Shown in pieces: positions 49,609-55,242 of a DNA stretch of 55,242 nucleotides. The number at the start of each line of letters is the position of its first letter. Position 1 is the stretch's first letter. The stretch comes from Octopus bimaculoides (taxonomy: Eukaryota): NCBI RefSeq assembly GCF_001194135.2, contig NC_068991.1, positions 74,791,274 through 74,846,515 on the forward strand, in the 5' to 3' direction. The notes below the pieces were generated by a model. It saw only the letters and a program-made list of their open reading frames with translations, was not told where the DNA came from and did not search any database. The translations under genes were made by a program, and so were the position numbers.

Positions 49609-52461
49609 TATTAAACATCTCTGGCATGTACATCTCAATTGCTGGTTGGGACACTCTATTTTGTTATGCAACCATAACACCTGCCAGCATGATTTTAACA
49701 TTATCTCTGCGCCCATTTTTTTCTTTCTTCCAGCTCATCTACACTACACCATTCATAGATGCTCACTTCGTTTCTCTCTTACTTTTGCACATCCTCTGCA
49801 TTCAATTACCCACACACAAATCATCATGCAATGTTTTTCACTCGGATGGAGAATCAGAAAATTGCTATTCATCAAAAAGATAGCACTTCATTAATTTTCG
49901 GGAATCATTATATTCCATTAAATGAAAATATTGTTAACACCGAGTAGCTCTTTCGATGGGAGACAAATGATCTGTGTTTACTTTAATCAAGATAAAATAG
50001 TTATATAAAATATCAAGGGAGTGTAAATAAAACAATATTATTATTATTATTATTATTATTATGCTGTGAATTTCTCACCATCGTCTCAAATGAAATAAAA
50101 CTGATGGCATAAAATGTCATGCAAAGCTTTATCTTCCATCATAATGGTCAGCATCACTTATTAAGATTCTTTTATTGTTTTTCTATTTTACATAAATTCC
50201 TTATACACACACATGATAGAGTTGTTTGTCAATGAAACACTAGCTTGATTATCATGGGTTGTTTCATAATTGTTCATAGCATTAATTCTGTGATTATAAT
50301 ATATAGCATATATAATTTCCTCTAGTGGAAGCTGAAACAGATAAAGTCCTGCTTCTTGTCTATTGTTGTTTAGACTAGGTTTCACCTGGTGATTTATGAG
50401 GGCTTTGTGGCCATCTCTCTGAAACCACACAACTAGCAAAGTTCTTTTAAATGTTAGGTTTAAATTTATACATTCAGTTATCTTATTGTCTCGGAGGTCA
50501 TTCCAAATCTCTTTATATAAAGGTTAAATATAATATATTGTGTTGCATTTCGCTTGTTAGTTTTAGTCATTTTCTTTTCATCTGATCTCATTTATAGAAG
50601 AATTGTGAAATATAATGACTGATTAAAACCCCTTGAATTTGCAGAGGATTATCATTTTGTGTTTGGTGTCTTGGTTCTCCTTTTACTTTTCCGTTTCTAA
50701 GGCAGTATTTACGTATGAATGTTTTTGAAGATCTGAAGTCAGAGTGCGATATATTGATATTTATTGTCACTATTGAAACTGGATTTAAGAACTGCCTAAA
50801 TGCTTGCTTTAGTTGTCTGGAAGCAAAGTAGTGTAATTTGTGAAGAATAGTTGCAAAAGAAAAACGGAAAAGAAATATAAGTCCACCTTGAACTTAATAT
50901 GTTTGTGACTTGATACTTTTTATTGATCTCTTCATAATCAGCAGCTGATTTCCTTCAGATTATGGTTCTTCCTCCAACTTCCAACTTTGTGATATTATAC
51001 TGCGTACATTGTGATTTCCACCTCTCAGTCTTATCAGACACTGCCTTAGGTGTTTTTGTTATTTAGCTAATGATTTTTCTGTTTTATAATTATAATTTTT
51101 GTTTATTTTACAAAACTTTTTTCAATATTTGAATACCTTTTCAAGTCATACAAGTTTTAGATTTTCATTCAAATAAAATTAAGTCTGTGTGTTGTTAATA
51201 GATTTGTTTATGATATAAATGTACCACCTTTTCTTAAAAAAACAAAACAAAAAAAAAACAAAGAAAATGAAGTAAAATGATTTTTGGAATTATTTAGCAT
51301 TATTCATTTTGATCATATGTTATTTAAAGTTACTATATCTAAATTTCTAAAGTTTGTTTACTTAAAAATTATCAGAAGATATTTACTTTAAAATATTATG
51401 GTCACCAGCCTGCATTCAATTTAAATATTAATTTAAATAATAGAATATTTTGACAGTCTTATTTTTGTGACATAAGACAGGACAAATCGATTTTTCTTTT
51501 TTTAGCATGTCAGTTTAGACAGTTAACAAGAGAATAACAAAAATAAAAATCAGGACTATTGATTTTCACTTTGAACTATTGTTAATAATTTAGGGGAGAG
51601 GGGTATTAAATAAAAAGTTTGACTGCTCATGTCACCTATTTCTTTAAAAAAAAAAATGTCCATTGAAAAATTAAGTCTATTAATGATTGAAAAATCAATT
51701 GGATGGAAAAAAAAAAGTATCTATTTTGTTATCATTTTTGAAGTATTAATTGAATGCTGCTTGAGGTGCCGAACAAATGAAATTTAGGAAACTGAAGCAT
51801 CAAGACTGAAAGAAGACAAAAGAAAGTAACACAAACACATACACACACACACACGTATTTATGTAAAGAGATTGTTCTCTCTTTAAAAGTGAATATGTCT
51901 CTGTTTAGTAATGATATATGGAACAGGAATTCAGTAAATGATTAAATGTAGACACAAAAGAGAGCAGAAGTAAATAAATCAAAATACACAGTGATAGACT
52001 CCTTCCCCATAGTCTGCCACAGTTAAACGAACCTGTGATCAAAGACATTCCCACTGTAATCATTCTGTGATTTTCTTTGCCAGGCATGTTGTGTCTGAGA
52101 CTATATTAACCAATGTCTTTTTTTTTCAATTTTTGTTGTGAGATGGTTTGAGTAGAGATGTATGAACAATTATGATTTGAAAAAATTATGTTTTTGAATT
52201 GTTATTCAAAGAAGAGGAAAAAAAAACCAAGTTTTTCAAGACAAAATTATGTGAAATGTTAAAAATAGCAATGCATTATGGGATTTGTTGGATAGTTTAA
52301 ATGACAGTCCAGAAAAACTATTCAAAGCAATAAAAGTTGACCACACAAAACTTTCCATTTCAACAGATATTAAAAAAACAGATACAAAAAAAAAAAAATT
52401 CCTAAATTAAAATAATTTTGATTTAATTTTTATTTGGAAAAATTGTAATTATTAATTTTCT

Positions 52462-52703
52462 TTAACCATTTCATTACAATATATCTGTTGAAATACATTG
52501 CCTTTAATTCAATTAATTTTAAAAATAAAGAATTTATAAAAATAACTTTGTCAACTTTAATCTGGTGTTTGAAACAAAATTAATATAAAATTATTTTGCT
52601 GGAAGGTTTTAATTTAGATCACTTTAAATTAGGAAGTCTGTTACTGAAAACCAGCAGAGGTGGGTGTGGTTTATCTCAGGCAGGTTGTTATCAAAAGGGT
52701 TAA
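52462..52703. mobile_element. Complete piggyBac-type MITE (234 bp between TTAA sites)
   Basis: TTAA|CCATTTCATTAC...GTTATCAAAAGGG|TTAA. Confidence 0.8.
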
Positions 52704-53115
52704 ATTAAATGAATTTAGATATCTTTTATTTGTTCCGAAATGTTGACTGGGACTTAGTTTCATTTGATGGTTTATTCAACTGGTGGGGGAATGCTTTACA
52801 TCTGGAGTTTATATAAAAAAAACAAATGGAAAACTTCCTTAAAAATTGGGAGTGTTACAATAGTAATTGACATTGGTTGTAAAAGTTGCTAAAGAAGAAA
52901 GACCCTTTCCTTCAGCTTTCCTATATAAACCTCAGCAGTGAGGCTTCCTTCACTGGTTGATGAAACCTTGGTGAAACTTAAAATCTCAGTCAACTCGAAT
53001 TTATAATAAATTTGATTTTTCTCTCACTCTTTGGTCATCTGGTCCCTCCAGCCTCATGGCAATGGGTCACTCTCAATAGAGAGTGTACCATTCAATAAAA
53101 ATTCCTTTGTTATTC

Positions 53116-53289
53116 TTAATTCTTTAGCATTCAAGCTTCTCCTTGTAGCTTTGAGATTTTGACGAGATAACTTAATGTTTTAGAAAGATATTGTAGGGTT
53201 GGTGCAAGAAATCAGATCTGGCCAATCTGAACATAAAACAGTTGGAATATTTTGGCTGGATATGGCTGGCTTAAGTGCTAAAGGGTTAA
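53116..53289. mobile_element. piggyBac-type MITE, second subfamily; further fragment at about 53960-54103
   Basis: TTAATTCTTTAGCATTCA...AGTGCTAAAGGG|TTAA. The interior matches 6600-6757. Ends about 110 nt before the MON2 exon. Confidence 0.65.
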
Positions 53290-53398
53290 TCTTGCTTTCA
53301 GATTTAACATTTGTCATTTATTTATGTTTTCAGTTGGTCAAGTTTGTCTTGCAAGGTTTTCTTAAATCTTCTGTTTTTTTTCTATTTCTTTTTACTAG

Positions 53399-53503
53399 TT
53401 GACAGCAAAGAACATCCAGTGTATGCGAGCTCTCCTCAGTGTGGCTCACTGTCATGGTGGCATTTTGGGAACAGCTTGGCATCTTGTCCTTACAACCCTA
53501 CAG
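53399..53503 (+). CDS. MON2: MON2 internal exon (105 nt, phase 0-0), [35 protein letters not shown]
   Basis: Acceptor tttcttttactAG and donor CAG|GTATTA. Close match to human MON2 [35 protein letters not shown]. Confidence 0.96.
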
Positions 53504-54990
53504 GTATTAAATGTTCTTCATATTTTGTATTCATCATCATTGTTGTTGTTAAACTTTGTCAGCATTGTCATTAGTCACTCTCTGCTTTTGAAGACTTGTA
53601 GAATAAAACAAATCCTTTACTTGAAAACAGGTGAGGGTTAGCTACAGGAAGAGCATCAGGTCATAAAATCCTGCCATGAGAAGCAATTCTTGTTGACGCC
53701 GTACTAACATTGGAAAACAGGCATGAAAGGAACTAATGAATTATCTCCACCAAAATCAAAAGAGAAGGTCAGCATTTAAAAGAAAAGGATAAGAAAATGG
53801 AAACAGTCTATTCATGAGATATAGAAAGGTTCATAAATCTGGCTTTAAGTGTTAGAAAGAGGAAATTCATGCCCTTATCTGAGAATTTTGTTTTGCTACA
53901 ATAACAGGAAATCAATCCAAATCCAAACACATCATCATTGAAATATTCAGGCTGACTAGATCTGACATCTCACACCTGTCATTCTAGCAGTAGTCACATC
54001 ATTGAAATCTCAGTCAGTCACAAGATAATGCAGGATTAATTTAAAACAATGTGAATAAATAAGCCTTGTGCTTGACAGAGTAAACTGAATGTTAAAGGGT
54101 TAAAAGGAAGTGAAATATAGAGTTGGGTTTGCCAGTTGCGATTTCTTGGAATTATACAATGAAATGGACCAAAATGAATTAAAAGTTTTCATTTTCCTAG
54201 ATGGTCATCAAAGATATCCTAGAAGATCAAACGAAAAATTTCAAAGAAAATTGCGATGAATATTTATAGATTGATGTCAGAATGATAGAAAAGTTTTTCA
54301 CCACTGACGTTAGTTAGACTGTTCTGTCTTTGGAAGGAAAGTGTTACTGCATGAAGAAGGAATTTTATATAAAAAAGAAAGCATCTTCTCTTTATGCAAC
54401 ATCTTTTTTAATCCAGTCTGCTAATCCATCAGAATGACAATGTTCCTACTCATTTTACTAAATTACTAATTTTTTTTTTTCTCTCAAAGACCAGAAAATT
54501 CTGATATTCTTTTGGTATGATTTGTATGTACAGCTAAATCCTATTGAATATTTATGGCAAATCATGAAATCAAACCTGAATACAAGATTTTTTTTTTTTA
54601 AATGCCATTCATATCTTTTTTCTGGTGATAGTACAAGAAAAATGATTGAAATTAAAGCTCACATTATTGAAAAAAAAAAAAAAATGCATGCTGACAATTT
54701 GAATAAATGGATTAAACAAACTACAAGATAATCATGACAGGAGCTTTGGTTATTCAATTTTGGCCATGAATAAACAAATCCTTGTTTGAATCTAAATTTG
54801 AATGCAATAAAGGATTTAATTCTAGCTAAAATGAATGTTAGAAAAGGTTTCGTTAATAAAATAAAAATAGAAATTATCTGTTTTGCATAGAGGTAAATCA
54901 TGCTCCTAAAGCCACACATTTGAAAAACGTCATATTTGCATAATATCTAAGGCTCTTTTTTTTCTTTTTTGCCCATTTCTTTTTCTATAG

Positions 54991-55148
54991 CATTTAGTAT
55001 GGATTCTGGGGTTAAAACCTTCAACTGGTGGCAGTTTAAAAGCTGGACAGCAGATCAATGATGTTTCGAATGCTGTTATCACAACAGCTATCATGGCAGA
55101 TTTACCTGTTCTTTCAGCCATGTTGTCAAGACTCTTTGAAAGTTCACA
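54991..55148 (+). CDS. MON2: MON2 internal exon (158 nt, phase 0-2), [52 protein letters not shown](Q)
   Basis: Acceptor ttctttttctatAG and donor CA|GTAAGT. Matches MON2 [17 protein letters not shown]...[23 protein letters not shown]. Confidence 0.96.
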
Positions 55149-55242
55149 GTAAGTTTATTAAGTTTTCCTTTTATATACTCTTGTTTGATGTTACCATTGT
55201 AGCTTCTACCACAAAGTTTCTTCCATCACCACCACCACCACC

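Overview
AT-rich, microsatellite-dense animal genomic DNA with eight assembly gaps. The SINE/LINE repertoire and gap pattern point to an octopus, which is my inference. One protein-coding gene is recognisable: MON2 (Golgi/endosome Sec7-family-like trafficking scaffold) on the + strand. Three internal exons are visible (12138-12268, 53399-53503, 54991-55148), and the first two are separated by a 41,130-bp phase-0 intron that fills most of the window. The rest is mobile DNA: two abundant tRNA-derived SINE families, 5'-truncated RTE and Dong/R4 LINE ends, hAT and piggyBac-type MITEs with intact target-site duplications, and a short Gypsy-type LTR with a tRNA-Ser primer-binding site. The most interesting signal is a small element joining a tRNA-like Pol III head, a (TAA)n linker and a Penelope-type tail that folds into a minimal type-I hammerhead ribozyme. 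It occurs three times (11549-11596, 29300-29347, 29515-29554). The two copies with a complete core are antisense to MON2, and the only sense copy has lost its cleavage site. Other leads are an orphan 90-nt exon-like segment in the large intron, several long inverted repeats able to form dsRNA in the pre-mRNA, and a reiterated structured module in the RTE 3' UTR. Almost all ORF-track entries are microsatellite or TE read-through artefacts. Boundaries of degraded repeats are approximate.
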